A DNA stretch of 27,166 bases from Candidatus Methylomirabilales bacterium (GCA_046758505.1 JBHIAH010000029.1:1-27166); one strand, 5' to 3'; positions 16,495 to 25,910 are shown, counted from the first letter of the stretch. Made by a program: numbers and translations. Notes: generated by a model not told the origin, from the letters alone.

Positions 16495-17940
16495 ATGCAA
16501 CCCCTGATTCGTTCGTTGCTGGTTTTGGTGCTGCTGCTTTCGGCGGTGGCGTTGCCCCGGCCGCCCATAGCCCGGGCGGCCCGGAAGATCCCGATTGCCA
16601 CGGAGGCGCACCAGCAGTCCATGGCGGTGACCATCTATAACGGCAACCTGGGCCTGGTGAAGGACGTCCGGCGCATCCGGTTGCCCGCAGGGATTCACGA
16701 CTTGCAGTTCATGGACGTCGCCGCCCAGATCAACCCTGCCACGGTGCACCTCAAGTCCCTCACCGATCCGAGGAAGCTCAGGATTCTTGAGCAGAACTAC
16801 GAGTATGACCTGCTCAACCCCCAGAAGCTTCTCGAGAAGTACGTCGGGAAGCAGGTCACGTTGTGGGAGAAGAATCACTACACCGGGGAGGAGCGACAGG
16901 TCAAGGCCCTCCTCCTCAGCGTGAACGGCGGTCCGATCTACCAGATCGATGGGGCCATCTACCTGAACTATCCCGGCCGCGTGATCCTCCCCTCCATTCC
17001 GGAAAATCTCATCGCCCGGCCGACCCTGGTCTGGCGCCTCGACAATGCCCTCACCCGGTCTCAGGTCATCGAGGCGACCTATCTTACAAAAGGGATCACG
17101 TGGCGCGCCGATTACGTGCTGACGCTGGACGCGGAGGATAACGGAGGCGACCTGGCCGGGTGGGTCACCATTGATAATCGAAGCGGGGCGGCGTACACAC
17201 ATGCCACCCTGAAACTGGTGGCGGGGGATGTCAACCGGGCCAGGGGGGAGCGCGAGATGGCCGATGCCCTCAGAAGGGTGGCCGCCAAGTCTGCAGTCGC
17301 GGAACAGGCGTTTCAGGAAGAGGGGTTTTTCGAGTATCATCTCTACTCGCTCGACGGCAAGACGACGATCAAACAGAATCAGTCCAAGCAGATCAGTCTC
17401 CTCAGTGCCTCCGCAATTCCGATCCGGAAGCAACTGATCTATTACGGGGCGCAACACTACTACCGGAACCGGTACGGGAAGCCGATCTCCAACCAGAAGG
17501 TGGGGGTGTATCTGGAAGTTGCCAACACCCGGAAGAATCACCTGGGCATCCCGCTGCCCAAGGGTGTGGTTCGGGTGTACAAGGCGGATCGCTCCCGAAG
17601 CCTGCAGTTCATCGGCGAGGATCGCATCGACCACACCCCCAAGGATGAGACGGTCAAGATCAAAATGGGAGAAGCCTTCGATGTGGTGGGAGAGCGGATC
17701 CAGAAGGATTGGCGCAAGATCGCCTGGGGGGTGTATGAGGTGGCGTGGGAGATTGCGCTGCGCAATCACAAGGATGAGGACGTGCAGGTCACGGTCGTGG
17801 AGCCGATCCCCGGAGACTGGGAGGTCCTCCATGCGAGCCACGCGTACACCAAGGTGGAGGCCCACACCTTGGAGTTCCCCGTGGAGGTCCCCAAAGAAAG
17901 TGGCATCAAGATCCGATACCGGGTCCGCCTCACGTTTTAA
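16495..17940 (+). CDS. secreted DUF4139/DUF4140-type protein
   Basis: SD AAGGAGG, signal peptide, VTIYNGNLGLVKD, LEQNYEYDL, ITWRADY, GIPLPKGVVRVY and IGEDRIDHTP. Confidence 0.88.
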   Translation: MQPLIRSLLVLVLLLSAVALPRPPIARAARKIPIATEAHQQSMAVTIYNGNLGLVKDVRRIRLPAGIHDLQFMDVAAQINPATVHLKSLTDPRKLRILEQNYEYDLLNPQKLLEKYVGKQVTLWEKNHYTGEERQVKALLLSVNGGPIYQIDGAIYLNYPGRVILPSIPENLIARPTLVWRLDNALTRSQVIEATYLTKGITWRADYVLTLDAEDNGGDLAGWVTIDNRSGAAYTHATLKLVAGDVNRARGEREMADALRRVAAKSAVAEQAFQEEGFFEYHLYSLDGKTTIKQNQSKQISLLSASAIPIRKQLIYYGAQHYYRNRYGKPISNQKVGVYLEVANTRKNHLGIPLPKGVVRVYKADRSRSLQFIGEDRIDHTPKDETVKIKMGEAFDVVGERIQKDWRKIAWGVYEVAWEIALRNHKDEDVQVTVVEPIPGDWEVLHASHAYTKVEAHTLEFPVEVPKESGIKIRYRVRLTF

Positions 17941-17959
17941 TCCTCTTTGGCTCAACCTC

Positions 17960-18010
17960 GAGGGGGGACGTCCCTGCCCACGGGTGGGGATCGCCCCTCC
18001 TTCTCTTTTT
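17960..18010 (+). terminator. putative intrinsic terminator after DUF4139
   Basis: GAGGGG...GTCCCTGCC-CACG-GGTGGGGAT...CCCCTC followed by CTTCTCTTTTT. Confidence 0.5.
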
Positions 18011-18014
18011 ATCG

Positions 18015-18927
18015 CAGCACCTTGGGTCCCTCGCTCCAAGCCTCCCGCGGCGGCCCTGTTCGGTGGCTTACGGCCTGGGTCCCTCCGTGTTCACGTTCCG
18101 TGCAGAGAGACGAAGCACGGATCGCGCCTCGGTTTCCCAGGCCGCCACTCGCCGGGGGACCCCGCCGCTCTCGGCAATGTCGCTCAGGGCCTGCAGGCGC
18201 TACCTGGGTAAGGAGAGCAGGAGACTAGGGCACGCAGCCGAGGGAGGGGTGGATCCGCGAGGAGAGCGGAATCTGGTTTGCGTTCGGCCGGGGTCCCGCC
18301 GCCGGAGCGAAGCGCAGGTGGGGGTGGCCGCCCTGTTGCCTAAGTGAGGGGATCTGCGCGGAACTCCTCGTCTGCGCATTGCTGACCAAGTGGAATTATT
18401 CCGCCGACGAGCGGGACGCCCCTCGCGAGGCCAAGAGGTAAGGAACGGGCAAGCACCGTGAAGTCCCTCGCTCCAAGCCTCCCGCGGCGGCCCTGTGTGG
18501 TCCGAAAGCGTCCGGACTCCCGGCATGTCGCTCGGGGCCTGCAGGTGCCGCCCAGGGCCTGGTTTGCCCATCAACGTTGAGCCCAGAGTCGAGGAGTGGC
18601 GGATCCGCGGATAAGAGATGGGGGCTCGGGGAGTGGGCCTTCGCCGGCGTAACATTCCACGGATCGGTCCGGCGAAACCCGTAGCTTCCGCGCCGAGCCG
18701 TTCGAGGCGGCAGCAGCACGGCCATCCCCCACCTCCACTTCGTTGCGGTGGGAGGGGCCCCCTGGCCGCCCACAAACCAGGTTCCGCCCGGCTCCAGGCC
18801 CATCTCCCCTCGCCCCCTTGCAGATCTTGCGGTTCTTGGAGTTTCGCTGAGGTTCCTTCGAAGCCCTCAGTCGAGCCGTCAACGGCGAAGGAATCGGTGG
18901 CCGGGAGCAAGCGGCCACAGGTGCTGC
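18015..18927. repeat. composite of the structured repeat element: full copy 18015-18436, shortened copy 18452-18610, inverted half-copy ~18622-18787 and degenerate right terminal IR ~18897-18927
   Basis: 18026-18059 and 18463-18496 are identical over 34 bp. The reverse complement of 18640-18787 aligns with 5220-5370. 18897-18927 is complementary to 18014-18044 at 23/31 positions. Confidence 0.8.
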
Positions 18928-19020
18928 CTCTTCTTCTTATCGGCCTTGACTTTTTTGGGAATGCGCGGATAGCCTGGAGAGGACAAGGCTTCACCGAAGC
19001 AGAAGGGATCGGGGGGAGTG

Positions 19021-19770
19021 ATGCGGAAGGGGAGGACGAAGGCGCGGCTCGCCGCACGGCGAAATGTCACAGAGGCATTAGCCGTATTTACCTTCATTCC
19101 TCTGGGGAGGGTTGGGTTTCTCGCGGGGCAATATGCGGCGCTCGGACTGCGGGAGCGGGGAAAACTCCTTCGCCGGGATTATTCCATTGCCTCCTCCCCC
19201 TACCAGGACTTTCTGGAGTTTTTCATCGAGCGGGTGGAGGACGGCCAGCTCACCGCTCGCCTGTTTCAGCTCGAGCCGGGAGTAGAGCTGCTGGTCCACC
19301 CGCCCCAAGGGGGGTTTTCCCTCGATCGCGAGAGTGGTCGCCCCCACCACTTGATGGTCGCCACGGTGACGGGGATTGCGCCGTTCATGAGCATGGTCCG
19401 GAGCCTGGTGATTGAAGAGCGCCGGGGCGCGGCCCCGGAGATGCGCGTGACCCTTCTTCAGGGGGCGAGCTTTGCCGACGAGTTCGGCTACGATGCGGAG
19501 CTGAGGCGCATCGCGGCAAGCCATCCCTGGCTTGTCTATATCCCTGCGATCAGCCGTCCATCGGAGAATCCCGGGTGGCAGGGGGAGACCGGCCGGGTGG
19601 AGGGTTTGATCGAAAAGACCCTGGACTCCCTTCAATGGACGCCGCGGGATACGACGGTCTATCTCTGTGGGCATCCCGGGATGATCGAAAAGGGAAGGAA
19701 CATCCTGGCGGACCGGGGATTTCACGGGACCCAGGTCCGTGAGGAACAATACTGGGACGAGGAGTGTTAG
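19021..19770 (+). CDS. ferredoxin/flavodoxin-NADP+ reductase family protein
   Basis: FLAGQY, RDYSIASSP, GQLTARL, ATVTGIAPFMSM, YLCGHPGMI and terminal EQYW. Confidence 0.9.
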   Translation: MRKGRTKARLAARRNVTEALAVFTFIPLGRVGFLAGQYAALGLRERGKLLRRDYSIASSPYQDFLEFFIERVEDGQLTARLFQLEPGVELLVHPPQGGFSLDRESGRPHHLMVATVTGIAPFMSMVRSLVIEERRGAAPEMRVTLLQGASFADEFGYDAELRRIAASHPWLVYIPAISRPSENPGWQGETGRVEGLIEKTLDSLQWTPRDTTVYLCGHPGMIEKGRNILADRGFHGTQVREEQYWDEEC

Positions 19771-19780
19771 GAGGAAAGTT

Positions 19781-20599
19781 ATGTGTCCGCCACCCGCATT
19801 GGAGATGCTCCGGTCGCTGTTTTCATCCCCTGGGGCCCTCGGCTGGATGGGAATGGGCCTTGGGGCCGTCGCAGGCCAGTCGCCCACCAGCCGTCGGGCG
19901 AGGCCACCGAAGGCCTCGCATGTAGTTGACCTGACGCAGATCCTGACCCCGGAATTTCCGAGCTGGCCTGGGTACCCCTCCCTCGAGATTCACAATACCC
20001 ACCACCTTGCGCGCGATGGTTTTTTTGCCAATGCGTGGGACATCCACGAGCATAGTGGGACCCATGTGGATGCCCCCCTGCACTTCAGCAAAGAGGGTTG
20101 GTCGGCGGCTGACATCCCAGCGGAGGCGCTGGTGGTTCCCGTGGTTGTCCTGGACATCCGGCGGCGGGTGCGCCGGGATCCCGACGCGCAGGTCCGGGTG
20201 GAAGATGTCACGCGCTGGGAGAAAAAGCATGGACGGGTACCTCCAGGTGCGGCGGTGCTGATGTGGAGCGGATGGGAGGATCGGGTGCGCGACCCGGCCG
20301 CCTACCGGAATATGGACAGACAGGGGATCATGCACTTCCCGGGGTTCAGTCGCGAGGCGGCCGAGTTTCTGGTGACAGAGCGGGCTGTCGGCGGGATTGG
20401 TGTGGATACCCTCAGTCTCGATTACGGCCCCTCGACCGACTTCGGGGCGCACGTGACCGTGCTGCCGACCAACCGGTGGGGGATCGAAAACCTGGCCAAT
20501 CTGGGTCAGCTCCCGCCCAGGGGGGCGACCCTCTTCGCCGGCGTGCCGCGGGTCAAGGGGGCCTCAGGAGGCCCCGCCAGGATCCTGGCCGTGTGGTAG
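19781..20599 (+). CDS. cyclase family (kynurenine formamidase-like) metal hydrolase
   Basis: HEHSGTHVDAPLHF, HFPG, GVDTLSLD and IENLANL. SD AGGAGG precedes ATG 19781. Confidence 0.9.
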   Translation: MCPPPALEMLRSLFSSPGALGWMGMGLGAVAGQSPTSRRARPPKASHVVDLTQILTPEFPSWPGYPSLEIHNTHHLARDGFFANAWDIHEHSGTHVDAPLHFSKEGWSAADIPAEALVVPVVVLDIRRRVRRDPDAQVRVEDVTRWEKKHGRVPPGAAVLMWSGWEDRVRDPAAYRNMDRQGIMHFPGFSREAAEFLVTERAVGGIGVDTLSLDYGPSTDFGAHVTVLPTNRWGIENLANLGQLPPRGATLFAGVPRVKGASGGPARILAVW

Positions 20600-20622
20600 C
20601 TTCGGACGGGCCAACCGACAGC

Positions 20623-20724
20623 TTGACGGCGCCTTGGATTGTGTGGTAACTTCAATCAACAATGGAAAATGCGCAATACTGAAAATGGTGAGGCCCCGGG
20701 CGCTCAGGCGACCACGGGGTTTTT
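20623..20724 (+). promoter_or_regulatory. sigma-70-type promoter followed by a short leader with a terminator-like hairpin
   Basis: TTGACG-N18-TAACTT with TG extension, then GGCCCCGGGCGC-TCAG-GCGACCACGGGGTTTTT (20692-20724). Confidence 0.55.
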
Positions 20725-20751
20725 GTGTTGACCGCGGGACAGGAGTACCAG

Positions 20752-21504
20752 ATGAACGACGAACGGAAGCTGGCTGTCTTCATTGATTTTGAGAATATCG
20801 CCATCGGCGCCCGGGAGGCGAAGTATAAATCGTTCGAGATCGGCCTGGTGTTGGAGCGGCTCGTGGAGAAGGGCAAGATCATGGTGAAGCGGGCCTACGC
20901 CGACTGGGAGAAGTATCCGGAGTACAAGCGGCCTTTCCACGAAGCCGCCATCGAGCTGATCGAGATTCCGCGCCGGTCGTACAGCGGCAAGAACTCCGCG
21001 GATATCCGTATGGTGGTGGACGCCATGGACCTTTCGACCTCCAAGGAGCACATCGACACCTTTGTCATCGCCTCGGGGGACAGCGACTTCTCCCCGCTCG
21101 TTTCCAAGCTTCGGGAGAACAATAAGTTCGTCATCGGGTTGGGCGTGAAGAACTCATCCTCGGAGCTGCTGGTCGCCAATTGTGATGAGTTCATCTATTA
21201 CGAGGATCTGGTCCGGGGGATCAAGAAACCCCGGATGGAGAATCTACCCGCGAAGAAAGCCGGGGTCTTCGAACTCTTGGTCGATTCCATCCTGGCCCTC
21301 TCGCGGGAAAATAAGGACGTCCTCTGGGCCTCCATGGTCAAGCAGACGATGATGCGGAAGCGTCCCGACTTTAATGAGTCCTACTACGGGTTCAGTACCT
21401 TCTCCAAGCTCCTCGAGGACGCCGCCAAGCACCATATCGTGGAACTGAAACGTGACGACCGGAGCCGAACCTACATCATTGTGGGGTTGGGCGAAGGACA
21501 CTAG
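20752..21504 (+). CDS. NYN (LabA/DUF88, PIN-like) domain protein with C-terminal OST-HTH/LOTUS
   Basis: AVFIDFEN, RAYADW, GKNSADIRMVVD, SGDSDF, CDEFIYY and PDFNESYYGFSTFSKLL. SD AGGAG. Confidence 0.92.
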   Translation: MNDERKLAVFIDFENIAIGAREAKYKSFEIGLVLERLVEKGKIMVKRAYADWEKYPEYKRPFHEAAIELIEIPRRSYSGKNSADIRMVVDAMDLSTSKEHIDTFVIASGDSDFSPLVSKLRENNKFVIGLGVKNSSSELLVANCDEFIYYEDLVRGIKKPRMENLPAKKAGVFELLVDSILALSRENKDVLWASMVKQTMMRKRPDFNESYYGFSTFSKLLEDAAKHHIVELKRDDRSRTYIIVGLGEGH

Positions 21505-21528
21505 CGGGGTCCGATGACCGGACCCCGC
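21504..21528 (+). terminator. perfect 10-bp hairpin at the NYN stop codon
   Basis: GCGGGGTCCG-ATGAC-CGGACCCCGC, with no U-tract. Confidence 0.4.
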
Positions 21529-21613
21529 GGTTCGGGGTTCAGAGTTCGTGGTTCAGGGAAGATCCACCATTCTTATTCTTAAGCTATGAACCAAGAACCA
21601 TGAACCATGAACG
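21529..21613. repeat. inverted heptamer arrays (4x RGTTCRK / 4x AWGAACS)
   Basis: ggttcgg ggttcag agttcgt ggttcag, a 29-nt AT-rich spacer, then atgaacc aagaacc atgaacc atgaacg. Confidence 0.8.
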
Positions 21614-21631
21614 ACGTCGCCGGAGGCGAGT

Positions 21632-21814
21632 GTGGTGGAGCAGGGCCTCAAGGAGGCGATGCAGTGGATCAACGGCGAGCTTCAGGATAAGCCGGAGGCC
21701 AACGTCGGCCTCTTGATCGACCAGGCCAGCCGGCATTTCAACCTCACTCCCCTTCAGAGCGACTTCCTCTATCGCGAATACTCCCGCAAAGACACTCAGC
21801 CGAGGCCCGAGTAA
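21632..21814 (+). CDS. small helical hypothetical protein (~60 aa)
   Basis: SD GGAGG, GC3-rich codons, LKEAMQWI...LIDQASRHFNLTPLQSDFL pattern. Confidence 0.7.
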   Translation: MVEQGLKEAMQWINGELQDKPEANVGLLIDQASRHFNLTPLQSDFLYREYSRKDTQPRPE

Positions 21815-21857
21815 CCCCCTGGGGAGTCCGGGAGACGATCCCCCCCGCTAGTCCTCG

Positions 21858-24428
21858 CTACTCGTATCTGATCGCCTCGACGACGTCGATGCGGGAGGCG
21901 TAGAGGGCGGGGAGGAGGCCGGCAAGGAGGGAGGTCACCACGACGAGCCCGGCCGAGGTGACGAGGATCGACGGAGGGAACGCAAAGAGGAGCGACCAGC
22001 CGAAGGACTGCTTGTTGATGACGTGGATCAACACGAGCGCCAGGAAGAGACCGATGACGAGGCCGAGGATCTCAGCGAGCAGGCCGAGCAGTCCTGCCTC
22101 CTGAAGGATCACCCGGAGGACCTGCGCGGGAGGCGCACCGACCGATCGCAGGATGCCGATCTCCCGCTGCCGCTCCAGGACAGAGGCCCAGAGCGCGTTC
22201 AGGATTCCCAAAGCCGCCACGAGGACTGCGATGATCCGCAGGGCGTCCGTCACGGCAAAGGTCTGGTCGAAGATCGCCAAGATCCGTTTCTTGAGGTCCT
22301 GATTCCGCATGACCAGAATGGCCGCCCCCTCTCCCGCGCGCTTGATCCGCCGTGCCACGGCGGCTGGATCCCCCCCCGGCGTCAGATAAACCGCCAAGAC
22401 GTTGATCCCCGGTTCCCCCCAATAGCGCCGGAACAGACTGCGGTCCATGACGATCTTCCCGCCATCGGTGGTGTAGTCGTAGAAAACGCCGGCCACGGGA
22501 AAGGCGGCGGGACCGTTGGGGGTTTTGAGCACGACCTGATCTCCCTCCTGAATTCCGTGGGCCAGGGCGACCGTCTCGGAGATGATGATGCCCTGGCGAT
22601 CCTTGGCCCGCGGAAGGATCTCTTTTGAATCGCCGGCCACGAACAGGAGCCTGCCTCGGGCTGCCGCCACCGCAAAATCCCGGGTGGCCAGGAGGAGTTC
22701 CCGGCCCCGGAAGGGAATCTTTAGCCCGGTGAACGGGTCCACCGCAGCGATCCCCGGGATCGTACGGACCCGGTCGAGCAGTTCCCGGGGGAGCACCGCA
22801 TGAACACCCTTGGTGAAGCGAGAAGCGGGGGCCACGATCAGGTCTGCCCGGATCGTCTCCTGGACCCAGATCTCGACCGTCCGGCGGAAGCTTCCGATCA
22901 TGATGGCCACCCCGATCAACATGGCCAGGGCAGTCATCATCGCGGCGACCGCCACCGCATGCCTTCCCCGATATCCTCTGAGGTGGGAGGCGACGAGGAG
23001 CCCGTCGCCCCTCCCCATGCTGCTTCCGAGGCGACGGATCATCCAGGCGCAACCCAGGATAGCCCCCGGTGTGAGTAGGGCGCCACCCAGGATGAGCAAC
23101 ACCAGGGCCAGATAGCCGAAGACCGGGGTGCTGCCCACCGCCGCCTGGCGCGAGGCCCAGTAGGCCCCGGCGAGGAGCAGGAGGCCGAGAAGGAAAAGGG
23201 CCCCAGATCCCCGCTCCTCTTCGCCGGCCAGCGCCGGATTGAGGGCCTCACGGACCGGGATCCGTCCCCCCTGGAGGCTGGGATAGAGGGCAGCGAGCAG
23301 GGAGAAGGAGAGGCCGAGGCCGAGGGCAACCAGAAGGGTGACGGGATCAGCGTCGACCCGGGTGACCCGGACGAAGCTATACAGGTTCGAGACGGTCTGG
23401 GAGATCGTCTCGAGCACGTACCTCGCGAGAACGGTGCCCAGCGCGAGGCCCATGAGTGAACCGATCCCCCCTACGACCACGGCCTCTCCGAGGAAGAGGG
23501 CCACGACCTCACCCGCCTGGAGTCCCAGGGAGCGGAGGATGCCGATCTGGGGGCGCCGATGGATGACCGCCAGGGAGACAGTGCTGTAGATGAGGAAGGC
23601 CGCCACGACGAGCGCGATGGCGCTCAGGGCGTTCAGGTTCAGGCGGAAGGCGGCCAACATCGTTTCGACCTGGTGGTTGCGTTGCCCGGGTCGCGTCACC
23701 GTGAGATGGCTGGGGAGAACCTGTTCGAGCCGGGCGGCCGTCGCGTCAACCCCCACGCCGTCCCGAAGGACGAGGTCGATGCGGTCGAGCCTTCCGACCT
23801 TATCGAAGGCCGCCTGGGCGGTGGCGATGTCCATCAGGGCGAGGTGTCCTTCCAGGGCTCGGGCAGCCCCTCGGGCCTTCAGGAGGCCCTGAATGGTAAA
23901 CACACGCCGGTGGCTGCCGGTCAGCAAGGTGATGCGGTCTCCCACCGCCAGGCCGTGTGCGGCGGCGAACGAGCGGGAGAGAAAGAGAGTCTCCGGCTGT
24001 AGAAGGGTTGTGAGATGAACCGCCTGTTGCTGTCCTGTCAGGTGGTATTCCCGGAAGGCTCCTTCGGCCAGGAGGTCCGCCCCCAGGACCAAGAGTACCT
24101 CTCCCGGCCGCCCCGCCACGGGCGCAATACTCGTAATGAGGGGGGCCGCAAACTTGACCCCCTCCACCGCACGTACCTTGAGCAGGAGGGTCTCGTCGAA
24201 CCCCAACTCGCCGGCGGTGACGACCAGGGCACTTCGGCCAGCGACCGCATTGATCGTTCTGTGAAAGGAGGCCAGAATGCTGTGGTTTGCCAACTGGATC
24301 GCGACGAAGGCCGCGACACCAATGGCGATGCCACATGCGGTGAGGACGACGCGGAGGGGAAACTGGGTGAGCCCCCGGCCGAACAGGAGGAAAAACCCCC
24401 AGGTCTTTCGAATCACTCGACGATCCAT
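21858..24428 (-). CDS. duplicated FtsX/MacB-type ABC permease (AttF/G-like)
   Basis: Two MacB periplasmic + FtsX modules, RRPQIGILRSLG, ERQREIGILRSVG, FYDYTTDGG and VINKQSFGWS. Confidence 0.92.
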   Translation of the reverse strand: MDRRVIRKTWGFFLLFGRGLTQFPLRVVLTACGIAIGVAAFVAIQLANHSILASFHRTINAVAGRSALVVTAGELGFDETLLLKVRAVEGVKFAAPLITSIAPVAGRPGEVLLVLGADLLAEGAFREYHLTGQQQAVHLTTLLQPETLFLSRSFAAAHGLAVGDRITLLTGSHRRVFTIQGLLKARGAARALEGHLALMDIATAQAAFDKVGRLDRIDLVLRDGVGVDATAARLEQVLPSHLTVTRPGQRNHQVETMLAAFRLNLNALSAIALVVAAFLIYSTVSLAVIHRRPQIGILRSLGLQAGEVVALFLGEAVVVGGIGSLMGLALGTVLARYVLETISQTVSNLYSFVRVTRVDADPVTLLVALGLGLSFSLLAALYPSLQGGRIPVREALNPALAGEEERGSGALFLLGLLLLAGAYWASRQAAVGSTPVFGYLALVLLILGGALLTPGAILGCAWMIRRLGSSMGRGDGLLVASHLRGYRGRHAVAVAAMMTALAMLIGVAIMIGSFRRTVEIWVQETIRADLIVAPASRFTKGVHAVLPRELLDRVRTIPGIAAVDPFTGLKIPFRGRELLLATRDFAVAAARGRLLFVAGDSKEILPRAKDRQGIIISETVALAHGIQEGDQVVLKTPNGPAAFPVAGVFYDYTTDGGKIVMDRSLFRRYWGEPGINVLAVYLTPGGDPAAVARRIKRAGEGAAILVMRNQDLKKRILAIFDQTFAVTDALRIIAVLVAALGILNALWASVLERQREIGILRSVGAPPAQVLRVILQEAGLLGLLAEILGLVIGLFLALVLIHVINKQSFGWSLLFAFPPSILVTSAGLVVVTSLLAGLLPALYASRIDVVEAIRYE

Positions 24429-25123
24429 CCGTCTCGGAGGCGGAGGATCCGGTCAGCGGTGGAGGCCGCCTCCTGACTGTGCGTGGCCAGCACGACGGTA
24501 TACCCCTCCTCCTGATTTAGGGTCTGCAGGAGCCTGAGGACCGCCGCTCCCATCTGTGAATCGAGGTTGCCCGTGGGTTCGTCGGCCAACAGCAGGGAGG
24601 GCCGGGCGATGACTGCCCGCGCGACCGCGGCCCGCTGCATCTCACCCCCGGAAAGCTGATGGGGCCAGTGGTCGGCCCGCTCCGTCAGATCGAGCGCCGT
24701 GATGACCTCTGCGACGCGCTTCCGGATATCGCGCGTCGGCGTCCCTGCCAGGAGGAGGGGGAGGGCGACATTCTCCCAGAGGGTCAGATGGGGAAGGAGA
24801 TTATACAGCTGGTAGACGATGCCCACCTTCTCTCGGCGGAGGTGCGTCAGTGCCGCCTCGGGCATCGCGCTCAACAGTTGTCCCTCGAACCACACCTCCC
24901 CGCTCGTCGATCGGTCAATGCCGGCCATGAGATGGAGTAAGGTGCTCTTTCCACACCCGCTCGGCCCCATCACGGCCACACACTCTCCTCGACGAATGTT
25001 CAGGGAGACCCCCTGCAGGGCCCGGATGGGCTGCGACCCTTTGTGGTAAACTTTGGTGACCTGCGCGAGCCGGATCATGGAGGGGCTGCCATCTTTGCTG
25101 TCGCCGGCCGGTTTTTCACCCAT
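24413..25123 (-). CDS. ABC ATP-binding protein (LolD/AttE-like)
   Basis: GPSGCGKST, LSGGEMQR and LLLADEPTGNLD. Alternative start at 25078. Confidence 0.93.
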   Translation of the reverse strand: MGEKPAGDSKDGSPSMIRLAQVTKVYHKGSQPIRALQGVSLNIRRGECVAVMGPSGCGKSTLLHLMAGIDRSTSGEVWFEGQLLSAMPEAALTHLRREKVGIVYQLYNLLPHLTLWENVALPLLLAGTPTRDIRKRVAEVITALDLTERADHWPHQLSGGEMQRAAVARAVIARPSLLLADEPTGNLDSQMGAAVLRLLQTLNQEEGYTVVLATHSQEAASTADRILRLRDGWIVE

Positions 25124-25910
25124 CCTCGGAGGCCATGCGTCGCATGATCCAGTCTCCGAGCCTGGGGGAGAGGGCGTTCAGCACGACCAGAAGCCTGGCA
25201 GGGGGATAGACGATGACCTCCGGACGGGGAGACGTCGTGCAGCGGATGATGGCTCGTGCCACGTGGGTGGGGGTTTGAATGGGCGGTTTGGGACCAAGCT
25301 TTCGTCCCCGAGGGTCTTTGGCGGTATCGAAGAACTCCGTGGCGGTCCCCACCGGGCAGATGACGCTGACCGCGATGCTGCTCTGGTGGAGTTCGAGACG
25401 CAGCGACTCGGAAAGGCCGACCAGTGCAAACTTACTCGCACAGTACGCCCCGTACAGGGGGACGCCTCGTTTGCCAATAATGGAGGCGATGTTGATGATG
25501 TGGCCGCTTCCCTGCCTCTGCATGATCGGCAGGGCTGCCCGGATCCCATAAAACGCCCCCAGGAAGTTCACGCGGAGGATCGCCTCCATATCCTCCGGGG
25601 AAGTTTCTTCGACCGAGGCGAACAGGCCGGAACCGGCGTTGTTCACCAGAACGTCTACCCGACCGAAGCGTTCCAGGGCCCGGTGCACCATCGCCTCGAC
25701 GTCGTCCTGCCGGGCTACGTCGGTGGGGAGGCTGACCGCCTCGCTGCCGAGGCCATGGATCTCGTTCTCCAGCGTCTCGAGTCGCTCCTTCCGGCGGGCG
25801 GCCAGGGCCAGTCGGGCCTTCCCACGGGCGAAGAGCAGCGCCGTCTCCCGCCCGATCCCACTGCTCGCGCCGGTCACGATCACGACCTGTCCGGCCAGGT
25901 CTCTCCCCAT
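25116..25910 (-). CDS. short-chain dehydrogenase/reductase
   Basis: TGASSGIG, NNAG and YCASK. Confidence 0.93.
   Translation of the reverse strand: MGRDLAGQVVIVTGASSGIGRETALLFARGKARLALAARRKERLETLENEIHGLGSEAVSLPTDVARQDDVEAMVHRALERFGRVDVLVNNAGSGLFASVEETSPEDMEAILRVNFLGAFYGIRAALPIMQRQGSGHIINIASIIGKRGVPLYGAYCASKFALVGLSESLRLELHQSSIAVSVICPVGTATEFFDTAKDPRGRKLGPKPPIQTPTHVARAIIRCTTSPRPEVIVYPPARLLVVLNALSPRLGDWIMRRMASEDG

Noticed and set aside
6261..18039. Long ORFs 6261-8612(-), 11007-13010(+), 13781-14830(+) and 16141-18039(-)
   Set aside because: Antisense shadows of well-supported genes in GC-rich DNA, with no motifs of their own.
18200..19415. ORFs across the repeat composite (18200-19057, 18618-19415) and across copy 1 (4935-5366, 5021-5521)
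   Set aside because: Low-complexity Arg/Pro/Gly translations, frames not preserved between repeat copies, and no transposase motifs.
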